This document shows, piece by piece, positions 1 to 13,423 of a stretch of DNA of 64,000 nucleotides. The DNA lies in the NCBI GenBank assembly GCA_030704615.1, contig CM060731.1, positions 55,738,001 through 55,802,000 on the forward strand, written 5' to 3'. This DNA is from Takakia lepidozioides (Eukaryota; Plantae; Bryophyta). The notes beneath the pieces were generated by a model, which was not told the origin of the DNA, made no database searches, and was given only the letters and a program-made list of their open reading frames with translations. Both the position numbers and the translations under genes were made by a program. Within the stretch, counting starts at the first letter, position 1, and each line of letters begins with the position of its first letter.

Positions 1-556
1 TCTCTGTTGGCAGTGGCCGCCTCTCGGTTTCCGGACTCCTTTGTGGATGGTGTGGGTAGCGACTGATTCGGAAAGGGAATGGGTATTCCCACAGCTCGGT
101 ATAGGATGGTGTCTGATGGGGGTACGTGCCATTCAATTCCGCAACCTCCGTCGTTACCTAGCACGACAATGGTCTTGTCAACCTGTCCAGGAACATCCTT
201 CCTTTCTTCTTCCAAGTAAACTGTGCCCGTTTGAGCTTGAATTTAGAACAAAGGTAAGTTTCAGTCACTCTGCAAAGTCCTCCCTCGTTTGGGATCCAGG
301 CTCTCCCAGGTTGCGGAGGACAGCAAACTATAGCGTAGGAATTCGGAGCCATCGAACACCGCACGAAGTTGGCAAGTGCGAGGTTCAGTATAGTGACAGA
401 CGAAGGCTCACAGGCACCATGCGAAGTCCATCGACGATTGGAAGTCGCACATTGAAGTGGAAAGTATAGTTTCAAGCTACATGCATGAAGGTGGGAGGTG
501 TGATTCCATAGCCAGTAAATAAGACAATGATGGCCGAATCGGCGACGAAATAACAT
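1..556 (-). pseudogene. 5' portion of family A transposase gene (copy A1)
   Basis: Translation TETYLCSKFKLK matches the N-terminus of ORF 6501-7880. A 1-nt indel near 228 shifts the frame relative to A2. Confidence 0.7.
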
Positions 557-787
557 CTCCTGACAGTTTCTCCTGAGGGTGGATCCAGCAGTATTCTCGG
601 TACGGACAGGAGCGTTCGCACTGACAAGTGCCAGGACTGTTAGTTAAAACGGTCAGGCAACCTAGTTGTGCTCATCAAGACTGGCCGCAATTCTGTTGTT
701 TCGGAACAATGCAACCCATTCAGGTTCAGCATGCGGAAATGACGTTTCAGATTTCCGTCCGGAGTGATTCTTTCGATTGCTGCTGGA

Positions 788-2420
788 CGGAAATACGGAG
801 CCGCATTTCTGTATTGCGTCTTGGTCATACACCAGAGCGACGGAAATGCGGCACCAAGTTTCCGTCTGGGCAAAACCTTTACACTCTCCAGAACGGAAAT
901 GCGGTACCGCATTTCCGTTCTGATTGAGAATCATGAACAAAGGGAAAAGAAATGCGGCACCGCATTTCCGTCCGAGTCGCACTTTCCGACATTCCATAAC
1001 CGAAATGCGGCGCCGCATTTCCGTCCGAGTCGCACTTTCCGACATTCCTGAACGGAAATGCGGCACCGCATTTCCGCCCGAGTGAGACCTTCATACTCTC
1101 CAGAACGGAAATGCGGTAACGCATTTCCATCCAGCAAGCAGGGTATGTGAAGGTGGAACGGAAATGCGGTACCGCATTTCCGTTCTGATTGAGAATCATG
1201 AACAAAGGGAAAAGAAATGCGGCACCGCATTTCCGTCCGAGTCGCACTTTCCGACATTCCTGAACGGAAATGCGGCACCGCATTTCCTCCCGAGTGAGAC
1301 CTTCATACTCTCCAGAACGGAAATGCGGTAACGCATTTCCATCCAGCAAGCACAGTATGTGAAGGTGGAACGGAAATGCGGTACCGCATTTCCGTTCTGA
1401 TTGAGAATTATGAACAACGGGAACAGAAATGCGGCACCGCATTTCCGTCCGAGTGGCACTTTCCGACATTCCAGAACGGAAATGCGGCGCCGCATTTCCG
1501 TTTTGTATCTGATGCATGGAGCCGAGTGCAATTCCGATCGCTTGAGACAGCGCAATTCCGACCGCTTCAGACATTCAGACTCTCCAGAACGGAAATGAGG
1601 TACCGCATTTCCGTTCTGACTGTAAATCGTGAACCATCGGAACTGAAATGCGGCAGCGCATTTCCATCCGAGTCGCACCTCCCTCACAAGCTAGAACGGA
1701 AATGCGGCACCGCATTTCCGTTCTTATGAAAAATCGTGAAACATCGGAACTGAAATGTGGTACAGCATTTCCGTCGGAGTCGCACCTTCCGACATTTCAA
1801 AACGGAAATACTGCGCCGCATTTCCGTTTTGTATGTGAGGCATAGAGCTTTGGATCAAAAATGCGGCACCGCATTTCCGCCAGGGTCAGACCTTAATACT
1901 CTACAGAACGGTAATGCGGTACCGCATTTCCGTTGTGACTGAAAATCGTCAACAACAGGAACAGAAATGCGATGCCGCATTTCCATTTATGTGAGACCTT
2001 CAAACTTTCCAGACCGGAAATGCGGCACCGCATTTCCGTTCAGCTGAGACCTCTATACTTTCCCGAACGGAAATGTGGCACGGCATTTCCGTTCATGAAC
2101 GAAGGTATGTGAAGGGGGAACGGAAATGCGGTACCGCATTTCCGTTCAGATTGAAAATCATGAACCACGGGAACTGAAATGCTGTGCCGCATTTCCGTCC
2201 AGATCGCACGTTTCGACATTCCAGAACGGAAATGCGGCACCGTATTTCCGTTCAACAACTAAGGTATGTGAAGGTGGAACGGAAATGCAGTGCCGCATTT
2301 TCTTCCAACAAGCACGGATGTGTAGCTTCGTGATGGTACTTAATGGAAATGCGGTGCCGCATTCGCATTTTCACTCTAACTCCAAATTTGAACACGTGGA
2401 GCAACGGAATTGCGGCACAT
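788..2420. repeat. Array of ~30 palindromes (CGGAAATGCGG-YR-CCGCATTTCCG), 53-bp period
   Basis: AAATGCGG starts at 844, 897, 950, 1003, 1056, 1109, 1162, 1215, 1268, 1321, 1374, 1427, 1480. Spacers of ~27 nt fall into a few recurring types (212-bp higher-order unit). Confidence 0.95.
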
Positions 2421-2776
2421 GTCTGCACTCTATCTGACTGAAGTGGCATGAGGCGGCGCGGCCTGACTGTTGGATAATGATGTTTGTTTTTTGGACGGCA
2501 GGCGTATCCTGAACGATTCAAATTTCGTGATGACGCAAAGTCCACGAGGAGACACTTTCCTCCAACCCTTTCGAACCCAAGTGCTGCATCACCGCCGTTT
2601 CATCTGCTTTTGTCGTGTCTCCTCAGTCACCCCTCTCGCGCCCTTTCCATCTGCACTCTTTGCCCCTTTTCCCTGTCTCTGTTCTTCTTATGCTCGAACC
2701 TGAGAGGGAGGGAGTGCGTGCACCAGAGAAGAGACATCGTCGCAAGCTCCGAAAATTGTACTTCGGACGTAGGCCA

Positions 2777-3514
2777 ATGCCGAAGGGGAGGAAGCAGATG
2801 CGTCTACAGGAGGAGATTGCCATCTTGCAGCATCAGGCCACGCAGGCAACCTAGCCACCAGTGAGAGCTCCGTGCTATCGGGATTCGCCAGCTGATTGAG
2901 CAACGAAACCCGCCTCATTTTTCTTCTGCAATTCTTAGACTGTATGCTAGGAGACTTGACTGTAGAAGATGTTTGCATGCCTAACCGGAAAGGCGGACGT
3001 GCTGGAGGGATCGCAGGAATCCGAAGAGCCGCAGGCAGAGTCCGTGGAGCTAGCTGCAGCACGCACACCCAGCCGATCCACGAGCATGGGTCTTCCTGCC
3101 GGTCCTAGCCCTGTGCGTTTCAAGGACGCGGCTTTCAAGGCCAAGTCTTTGCAGTTCAAAGCCCCAGAGAGCGACTCGCCTTCAAAGGTCATGGAGAATC
3201 GCCAGCAGGGGTCTAGCCCTTCTCTAGCAAAGATGAAGAAGCAGCCCGTCCTTCAACTTGTTTCTGAACCGGACCAGGCCGTTCCCCCCCCACCCAGGCG
3301 AATGAGCAGATTCAATTGCAGCAGACACCTTCACCTGCAAGAATGAGGAAGCACAAGGCAATCAGGGGGAGGGCGGAGCAGTCTCCCGCAAAACCGATTC
3401 CACGAGCTGAAGCCCAGTTCCTGCTTGATTTCCAACCTGCTGCAGCGAAGCCAATGGGATCGACCGTCGATCTGGTACCGGAGGAGGGTGCTGCCTCTCA
3501 ACGTTCTCAGCAAG
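2777..3514 (+). pseudogene. 5' exons of family A ParB-MTase gene (copy A1), interrupted
   Basis: MPKGRKQMRLQEEIAI and DVLEGSQESEEPQ match 32174-32947. Homology stops abruptly after CAGCAAG at 3514. Confidence 0.75.
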
Positions 3515-4356
3515 GAGGTTTACTATTTCATGAGCAGAAACCATGAGCCATGAGCCATGAGCCGCATGAGCGGTGAGCCGAAGTCTAAGATACGCGGATT
3601 TCATGAGCGGACTCCTCCAAATTTGGAAATGCGGCAGATTAAACAAGTATTAAAATAATAGTTGTTTATTTGACCTTGCCGTTTTTGGACGTTCCAGATC
3701 ATGTAATGCGGCGAAGATATGTCGTCAGTAACAAGTCCGCTCATGGTTTTTTAGATCCGCTCATGGAAATAAGTGACCGTGCAACGGGAAATCCAGTATA
3801 CCACTGCAAAAGGACGTCGCATACTGGCCTGTATAGAGGATTCCGCGGTTTTACATGCCTTAACATTGGAATGAAGCTGACCCTTTTGCCGCGATTGAAC
3901 CAATGGAGTCTGCACCAATACAGTCTGCAGTACTTCACAATTCTGTCTTCTTCGGGTATTCGGCGGGAAAGGTTTGCAACTGAACTGGGAAATAAGGTGC
4001 CGCATTAGGGTTCGCACGTGCGAAATTTCGGAGCGGTTTGGTGTTGGCGAAGGCCGCCTCTACCAGTACCTACGACGATACTTGGAAATGCGGCGCCGCA
4101 TTTCCTTGTCGGAGGTCGAATGAGGAAAGCAAGTTTTCGGAAAGCAGAAAAACATGAACCCTCCAACATACAAAAATACATGCACGTGGAAACAAGTGAA
4201 CGATATAGTAATATCTTAGTTCGAGCAAAACAAGTTACTGGTAGGCAAGACATATGTCGGACCTTTCTGTGGCCAGAGTCTGAGGTACTGGCAGCAGTAC
4301 AGTTGTACTATCCGAAAAGGATGGGCGTACCATTGTATGTGGACCGCAACCCAAGC

Positions 4357-7300
4357 TCACTGGTCCCCTGGATCCATATTCAGAAGAGTGTGAACCTCCT
4401 GGGGGCTCAACCCTGGTGCATGTATGAAGTGATGAGTTGTGGAATTACAACGGAGTCTCTTTAGGTACACGTAGTACAAATGCTTGCAAGGGCAGTATGA
4501 TGCCCCCTTGTTCGCCATGATCTGGAAGTCGGTGCAATTGCAGGTGGGTAATTCTGAAATGGTGATGGTGTACACCTCATTGCGAACAGCTGAGCCCGCC
4601 GTGGCCATCTGATACACACGCCCGAATCCTGGTGGGGGCACTTCTGTCGAGCTCTGGATTGTACAGTTCATCCGAAGTGCATTCCCCATCCTGGTCTCGT
4701 TCACTTTTGAGGGAGGTCGCCGCCTCTTCGGTTTCCCCCAACGGTGTGTAGGATGCTTAGAGCTGTCGTGTCCCATTGTTCTTGCTCTCACAGGGGTCGG
4801 TGGTGGAGGCTGTGGAAGCGGAAATGGTTGTCTGGGGACGTCAGTGCGCTGCACCATCCGAAATCCTGCGGTGGTAAGGGCGTCGGCCTCAACCTGACTC
4901 AGATCGCAGCTTGGTTCCACCGGCCACACCGGGGGAGCCTCTGGCATTGTTTGTATGCCGTACTTGGGCTTTCCATACACGCAAGTCATAATGTCGTGCC
5001 TGCAGAACCAGAACTGGGTGGTTGTCGCCTCCGCAAACTTCGCATGGACAAATCTTCCTGTAAAAGTAGGAGCAGGGACAACCCCATCTGGATTCCTCCT
5101 TATCATCTCTAAACAACGTTGCCGTGTATCCACACGAATTGCGGAACACCTTCCTCGAAACGACGGCTTTGTGCGAGCAATTCTCCACTGTGAGGCAGAC
5201 ACAGTCGTCTCCACAATGGCTTGGCCATACTGCATAACAGCGGGCAGAATCTGGGGCAAGGGAGCGGTGGGAATTTTTTGCACGAAATCCCCGGTTGAAG
5301 GCAACGGCGATCTGGAATTTCTTGGGCTTCCACTGCTGGAAGACACATTGTGCGGCAACATGACGGGACCTCGAGGTGCTATCCAAATGTTCCTGTCGGA
5401 TCTCCAGGAATCCTCTTCGCACCCGGGTTCCTCTTCAATCCTCCGCCTGACAGGGCGAGTCCGGACGTCCCCCTCTAGGTGTTCACCTCTGCGGTGCAGA
5501 GGCGTCCCTTTGATCTTCTCTCGCAATGTTGTCGCCCATTTCACTGGATTCTTGGACCTCGAAGCTGTTCGTACCAACAATTCGTCCCTGTCCGGCCCAA
5601 AGCCCCATTGTTTGCCGCTTAGGAACTTGTAGTACGTGGCTTGCTGCATGATTGCTCTGTCGATGTCCTCCGTTGTGGCCGTCACTACGTCCACCAGATG
5701 TGCGGCAGAAGACGCTCGCCAGGAGGAGTGGACCGATTCTGCCATATTCGTGTTCGGCATGTCCGTGTCAGAATCCAAGCACCGCTCCTAGAAGGACACA
5801 AACAATGGTGAGGGACCAATCGAAATGTCCGTAACAGAAAGACAAATGAACGAAATTGACAGCAGCCTACCTCCCGCATGTACTGTGCGAACTGTCGATA
5901 CCAAAAATGCCACCACCCCAACCAGTTGTGCAATGCTCCCAGATTGGTTGTCTCTACTGCACCTGACGTGTTCCACCAAGCCTCGATGATAGCAAACTTA
6001 ACCTCCGCGTCATCAAATGTGGGTGCATTCTTCCACGCCGTACAAAGGACACGGTGTTCAGCCTGGAATGAGCTAGCAACAAATTTGGTAGTGTAGTAGG
6101 ATAGACTCTGCATCCAATGGAATCCACAGGATCTCTCTTTCCCCTCCATTGGAACATTGGGGTCCTCACCGTACACACGCCGCACCGCTGCCCAGTTGGC
6201 CTGAGCGTTGTCTGCCATGAATCCCCTGAAATTGGGCTCTGGCAATCCTGCCCTTGCCATTTGCTTGTTTATGCCCTCCCACAGATGCATCTCGGACTGT
6301 GTGTCCTCCCCTTTCATCTCGCAGATTGCAATCGTCATGAGCCTCTTGGAGTGATAGTCATAAACATGCGCACCCATAGTCACCCACTGATGGTTTGTAA
6401 TTCGCTTGATGTGATCAAACATCACCCAAGCATTCGACAGGTTTCCAGTTGTCATGCGAGTGACCAAGTCGACTCCACTCCCAGGCCCACACGTTGACAT
6501 TTAAAAAATGTAACAACGATCGGATTCGCTGCCTTGCCCTGGAAACCTGCTACCTTGGATGTAGTCATATCCAGTCATTCGTTTCACCTCCAGGATTGAG
6601 TGCATGTCCGACCCCCGGCCGAACTCCTGCTTGCAAGATACGATGTGATTCCGCACATTCGGACTACAAACATGCGAGACGGACTCCAACAGGTCAAGCA
6701 TCTCCTTTTCGTTCAAGGGCACTCGGTCTGAACCATCTTCAGACATGATTTTTCCAAGAGCAATCTTGTGGGCTGCCTTCAGCTGAATCTGCTTTGGTCT
6801 TGCTCCGGGGCTCAATTTCACCTCCTCTTTTATGATGTCGTGTGCTTCCTGCACAGCCTCACGCATGTTGCCTCTCGCCAAGGGGTGGCAGTGGACCCCA
6901 ACGTGTATGCAAGCTCTAGTCAAGTCCGGGAGCAAATGGATAACGTAATATTGCTTGGCTCTGCACATGGACATGCACGTCGGTGGTTCTTTGCAATGTG
7001 CACACTTGAAAGAACCCGCAGGAGCTTGGCTGGAGACAATGAATGGATGATGCGTTGTGCCAGTCCAATCCGTCTCGTTTCTCCGCCCTCCTTTGGAGAG
7101 AAAGTGGAAGCAGGTGGGATTGAGGCACCTCAGCTTCCCCGCACAGAGGACATATCGTACACGAACACCATCAGCAAATTTCGTGCTACTGGTCTTCGTC
7201 ACACACCAGGGGTGTCCGTCATGCTTTCGATCCATGTCTGTTAACATCCCGGAGGCTTTGTTTGACGAAGAAACAGGTGGAAACTCGAAGATGACATTGC

Positions 7301-7880
7301 CATCGACTTCGGGAGGCAGAAACGTTACCTTTCTGACTGGGAATTTGGCATAGTCGAGAGCAGCCAGCTCGGAGCGAGAACCATCGAGGTGATGTTGTCG
7401 TAGGAGCTGCACAATGGACCGGGTTGGAGTTATGCTCGAGGGCACATTCGTAGCACCGACAGAGACGTCCATGCCGGATTTGAACAATCGTGTGGAGGAC
7501 ATGGGTACCTCAATGCAATCATCTTCCTCGTCGGAAATGTCGAATACGTCCACACGAGAAGCTATGGAGGGTCTTGACGGTCCAGGTCGGGAATGATTAT
7601 CGTTGCATACCTCTCTGTTGGAAGTGGCCGCCTCTTGGTTTCCGGACTCCTTTGTGGATGGTGTGGGCAGCGACTGATTCGGAAAGGGAATGGGCATTCC
7701 CACAGCTCGGTACAGGATGGTGTCTGATGGGGGAACGTGCCATTCGATTCCGCAACCTCCGTCGTTACCTAGCACGACAATGGTCTCGTCAACCTGTCCA
7801 GGAACATCCTTCCTTTCTTCTTCCAAATAAACTGTGCCCGGTTTGAGCTTGAATTTGGAACAAAGGTAAGTTTCAGTCAC
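4357..7880 (-). pseudogene. GCM-like Zn domain + MULE DDE transposase + SWIM finger (family A), one in-frame stop
   Basis: GCM-like CAGKLRCLNPTC..CAHC..C..HVGVHCHP. MULE motifs WVMFDH, FMADNAQA, CGFH, NMAESVH. SWIM CNCTDF..CPCKH. ORFs 6501-7880 and 5685-6500 are contiguous in frame, separated by one TAA (K in family B). GT-AG intron at about 5789-5870. Confidence 0.88.
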
Positions 7881-8389
7881 TCTGCAAAGTCATCCCTCGT
7901 TTGGGATCCAGGCTCTCCCAAGTTGCGGAGGACAGCAAACTATAGCGTAGGAATTCGGAGCCATCGAACACCGCACGGAGTTGGCAAGTGCGAGGTTCAG
8001 TATAGCGACAGACCAAGGCTCACAGGCACCATCTAAGTGGATCTGCGGAGTCCATCGACGATTGGAAGTCGCACATTGAAGTGGAAAGTATTGTTTCAAG
8101 CTACATGCATGAAGGTGGGAGGTTTGATTCCATAGCCAGTAAGTATGACAATGATGGCCGATTCGGCGACGAAATAACATCTTCTTACAGTTTCTCCTGA
8201 GGGTGGATCCAGCAGTATTCTCGGTGCAGACAGGAACGTTCGCACTGACAAGTGCCAGGACTATTAGTTAAAACGGTCAGACAACCAAGTTGTGCTCATC
8301 AAGACTGGCCGCAATGTTGTTTCGGAACAATGCAACCCATTCAGGTTCCAGATTTCCCGTCCCGAGTGATTCTTTCGATTGCTGGTGGA

Positions 8390-9518
8390 CGGAAATACGG
8401 CGCCGCATTTCCGTTTTGCTTCTTGGTCATGCACCAGAGCGACGGAAATGCGGCACCGAGTTTCCGTCCGGGGGAAAACCTTTATACTCTCCAGAACGGA
8501 AATGCGGTAACGCATTTCCATCCAGCAAGCACGGTATGTGAAGGTGGAACGGAAATGCGGTACCACGTTTCCGTTCTGATTGAGAATTATGAACAACGGG
8601 AACAGAAATGCGGCACCGCATTTCCGTCCGAGTCGCACTTTACTCTCCATAACGGAAATGCGGTACCGCATTTCCGTTCTGATTGAGAATTATGAACAAC
8701 GGGAACAGAAATGCGGCACCGCATTTCTGTCCGAGTCGCACTTTCCGACATTCCAGAACGGAAATGCGCCGCCGCATTTCCATTTTGTATCTGATGCATG
8801 GAGCCGAGTGCGATTCCGACCGCTTCATACAGCGCAATTCCGACAGCTTGAGACATTCATACTATCCAGAACGGAAATGCGGTACCGCATTTCCGTTCTG
8901 ACTGAAAATCGTGAACCATCGGAACTGAAATGCGGCAGCGCATTTCCATCCGAGTCGCACCTCCCAACATTCCAGAACGGAAATGCGGCACCGCATTTCC
9001 GTTCTGATGAAATATCCTGAAACATCGGAACTGAAATGCGGTACCGCATTTCCGTCGGAGTCGCAACTTCCGACATTCCAAAACGGAAATGCGGCGCCGC
9101 ATTTCCGTTTTGTATGTGAGGCATGGAGCTGTGGAACGAAAATGCGGCACAACATTTCCGCCAACGTCAGACGTTAATACTCTACAGAACGGAAATGCGG
9201 TACCGCATTTCCGTTCTGACTGAAAATCGTGCGCAACGGGAACAGAAATGCGGCACCGCATTTCCGTCCGAGTCGCACCTTTCGACATTCTAGAACGGAA
9301 ATGCGGCGCCGTATTTCCGTTTTGTATATGGGGCCTGGAGCTGTGCTACGGAAATGTGTTGCCGCATTTCCATCCATGTGAGACCTTCAAACTTTCCAGA
9401 CCGGAAATGCGGCACCGCATTTCTGTCCAGGTGAGACCTCTATACTTTCCCGAACGGAAATGTGGCACGGCATTTCCATTCATCAACTAACGTATGTGAA
9501 GGGGGAAGGGAAATGCGG
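8390..9518. repeat. Family A 53-bp palindrome array, left part (copy A2)
   Basis: Same GAAATGCGGYRCCGCATTTC units and spacer types as 788-2420. Cut at 9518 by element B. Confidence 0.95.
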
Positions 9519-12500
9519 CAGCGTAGCTACGGCGTGAGCCCAGCCCCGTGAGCCTGGGAGCTGAGCTCACGTTCAAGCTTTGAAGCGTGAGCTGAGCTCA
9601 CGCTTCAGGGAAGCGTGAGCGGCATGAATCTGCTGGAGAAGCAGGTCCTATAGGCGAGGATTGCAGGAAGAGGGCCTATTACCGTGGACAAAACAAAGGA
9701 GGCCACCATGCACCATGTCTGCAATGCGTGCCAAAAAAGAGGAATATGTAAACATGGCAGATTTGAGCTCAGAATGATTGACACAGTTTATTTCAATTCA
9801 CAGAGAGACGCTTACAATGAATCGCAAGTGCATTTGCCCTCACAAGTGAACGAAATGTATATGTTTGTCATAAAATGAAAAGTCTTCACACGGCAACCTG
9901 GAAACCAGCATGGGAAGCGGGCATGGCTCGTATGTGTTCAAAGAGAAGTTGGCGGAGCTCTACGCGAGGTGTCCCGCTGCAGAAGGGTGATGACTTCTCC
10001 GTAGCCTAGTGTGGCTTGGTGAATGAATTGGTCTCTCTTACCGTCGCAACACATAATTACAAGGTATATGTAATATTGATGCTTGCAGGGGACCCACTTC
10101 CCTCTCATGCCGAGAGCGCCCTCACGCATCGTTACAAAATCCGGACAAGTGCACGATGGGAAATTCCCAATGGTAACTTGATATTCTTTGGCATGAAGAA
10201 CTGAGCCAATTGACAGCACTGTGTAAATCCGTCCATACCCCGGGGAAGGGACTTCGGTGATACGAGTCACCGTAGCCTGCAAAATTCTAGCCGATTCCAT
10301 CTTGCATTCGTGATCTGCACCCGAAGCAACACGGCGCACTGTTTTTCCATCTCTTTTTGTTGGGTGGGAGTCGGCACCGGGTGGAGGCATTGTCGGAGCA
10401 TGTGGCACATCTGTGCCGACAGTGCATAAGGGCACCACCCGGGACCGTGCAAGACAAAACCCTCCCTCCTCCAGCATGCTTATCTCGGTTGAGGACAGCG
10501 ATGTCCCAATTTTCACAGGCCAAATTGCGGGGGGAGGGGGCTTCATTATCACGGAAGGACGAACTGTTCCCTTCACGCATCGTGCCATATCGTCTGGGCA
10601 GAACCAAAACTTGTGTTCTTTTGACTCCCCACTATGGTAAGGTCGGAACAACCCTGTGAATGTTGGAGCTGGAGTCCCCCTGGAGCCTTTGCATATTTTT
10701 GATTTGCATTTCTTGAAAGAGGGGGTCCGAATTGCCATGCAAGCCACTCTAGATCCTGGTGGGGTGCGTTCTATATGCCAGTCACTATCAATGCAATCAG
10801 ATTCCTGCACCATGGCCACCACCTCCTCCAATGGGATTTCCGCTGCTATGCTTGCATGTTCTGCACCTGCTCCACAGGAGGAGGACCCACCTGGGAAGGG
10901 GCCGGCACAGGACTTAGTCTGCACTGGAGACACCTTTGGCACAGAGAAATTGACCCTGTCTGGCCTATGGGAATCTCCATCTGACCCTGGAAGAGTGTTT
11001 AATTTCCTTTTGCATGATCCAAATCTTTCCTCGCCTTCCAAATGGGGGAGCCTGGATTGCAGAGGGGAGCCTTCAGTGCACCTGTTTAGAGCTCTGGCCA
11101 TCTTTGACGGGTCTCCGGACCTACTCGCAGCCCTTAGCATCAACAAAGTTGAATCGGGGCCCTTCCCTCCACCCCGTCCCATCAGAAAATTGCGGTACCT
11201 GGTTTGTTGTGTAAGTGCCCGCACCATGTCATCAGCAGTGGCCACATACAAGTCACGACCTGCTTTGGTAGACTGTTGCATCCAGGCGTTGTGAACAGTC
11301 TCTGCCAAATTACACGATGGCATGTCGGCCAAGTCTTCCAAGGACATGTCCTGCAGGAGGCATTGCATGGAAATGTGAGGAAGGAAAAGAAATGGTAGAG
11401 GTTCTTCAAGTGACAATCGAACAACCCCAAATGAACAGGCACGATGCAAATTGCAATTTGTGTTCAAGGAAAACTTGTGAGGCTTACCGTCGTCATGAAA
11501 GCTCCCCACTGTCTGTACCTGAAGTGCCAGAAAACCAACCAGTCCTCCAACTCCTTCAGGTGGATACCTGTAGCAGCACCAGCGGAGAACCACCAAGCCC
11601 GGATTGCCTGGTAAGTGCTCTCAGCTTCTCCCATTGAGGTGGCATTCTTGTACTTCAGACAGAGCCTTCTATGCTCCAACTGAAGGTCAGGGCGAATGCA
11701 GCGCTTTGTATGACGTGCCAGAGATTGACTCCAATGGAAGAGGCATGTGCGCTCCCTATTTTCCATGGGGACCTTAGGATCCCCAGAACCAAACACGCGC
11801 CGCACTGCATTGAAATTTGCCTGTGCACTATCAGCCATGAAGCCCGCAAAATTTGTGTTGTGTATTCCATTGCGCTGCATGACGGTCAGGAGGGAATTCC
11901 ACATGAGCATCTGGGATTCAGTGTCCTCCGACTGCATATCACAAATTGCTATGGAGAGCACACGCTGGTACGCTGGATCATACACATGGCACGCCATGGT
12001 TGTCCAACCCTTCACCCGTTTGCAGTGATCAAACATTAACCAACATTTAGCCAAATCTCCTTCAGGTTGCATTCGGCGGACAATGCTCACACCACTGCCT
12101 TGGCCCACAGCGGACATCTTGAACAAATACACTTTGGACGAGCCCTGGCCAGGGAAGATACTGTTTTGAATGAATTCATAGCGACTCCTCCGTTTGAGGT
12201 CCATAATGTTGTCCATGAATCCAGCAGTGCCTGTGCCCATTCTGAGTGCATTCACCTGGTTTCGAATATTGGGAGAGCTCAACACGGAGAAATGGTCCAT
12301 GACTGCCTCAAGGGAATCTGCATCCAGCATTGGCTGTGTCGCATCCCCTTCACCCAGTATGTGTTTTTCCAGGAATGCCTTGCTAGCTGCAAGCGCTATA
12401 GCAGAAGGTGTTGCAGAAGGGGCATTATGGAACTCTTGCTTCAGTAGATTTCTAGCGATGTCCACGCTATCCCTGCAACTCCCTTTGGACACAGGATGCT

Positions 12501-12825
12501 CGTGTGCACCCATATGAATGCAGGCACGAGTCATTGTCTTGCATCGATGTGCCACCTGATACATACGAGCGTGGCAAACAGAAACACAGGACGGGGAAAG
12601 TTTGCAGAACCTGCACACAAAAGTATTGGTCTTGGGAGGTGCAAGCCCTGGGGTGAAAGGATTCAGGGGCACACCTTCCCACTCACTTTCGTTTGGCTGA
12701 GCGCTGTTTCTCAGCCGAGGGCAAGAAATATTCAGGCACTTGCAATGCCCAACGCAAACCGACCTCCGAAATTTCAAGCCAATGTCGTTATGGATGTTCG
12801 AAGTTTTTGTCCTGCACCAAGGATG

Positions 12826-13367
12826 TGTAGTGTGAAAAGAAGGGGCGTGAATCCCCTTCTGGTTAATCCTAAATCTGTACTCCTCCTACTCGTCCCTGTT
12901 GAAGTATCAGGGCAAAGGAAAGGAGCGTTCTCTTTCCTGTCCAACCATCGTCATGAGGCTATATGGGTTTTTCCTTCAGGTTCGTTCGTGATCAGAGTTT
13001 GCGGAATCCTCATCCACGCCGCAGCGGAAGAGAAGACATGGATGGGAGTCTTTGGTTTGTTCTTGCCCTCGGTTCTACTTCTATGCAACAGCCTGGCCCT
13101 ATGCTCACTGCGCCAACAGTGTTGGCGTGATCTTTTATGTGATGCAAGCAGCCCAATGGCAGCGGTGAATACGACCCTTAATGTGAACCCCCTTGAGCAG
13201 TGACATGTCGGAAATCCCTTTTTGTAATGGTGACACAGATTTAGAGGGAGACAGCTCAGATCTTCATAAACTGCAGGGGCACTGGTTTTTCCTTCAGGAT
13301 TCATGCTTTCTTCATCTCAATCTCCCCAAGTTGGCCATCCCCCCATCAACCCTTTTTGCTGAGCAGC

Positions 13368-13423
<56 letters not shown>

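Larger units (their letters stand above)
1..3514. mobile_element. Mutator-like element family A, copy A1 (partial; runs off window start, truncated at 3514 by copy A2)
   Basis: 1-2130 is a diverged paralog of 7612-9518, and 2120-3514 is a paralog of 31441-32947. Same order: transposase 5' end, palindrome array, start of ParB-MTase gene. Confidence 0.85.

Noticed and set aside
788-2420. CRISPR-like appearance (palindromic ~26-bp repeat with ~27-bp spacers)
   Set aside because: Spacers recur in a few types and in higher-order order, there are no cas genes, and the context is a eukaryotic transposon.
628-2545. Many overlapping ORFs with RKCGTAF/GNAAPHF/EMRYRIS repeats (also 8252-9490 and 31324-31989)
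   Set aside because: Translations of the palindromic array, open on both strands; no protein signal.
1-9518. Possible assembly duplication (1-2130 vs 7612-9518)
   Set aside because: The copies differ by many substitutions and indels and in array composition, and the junction at 3515 looks like a genuine element terminus.
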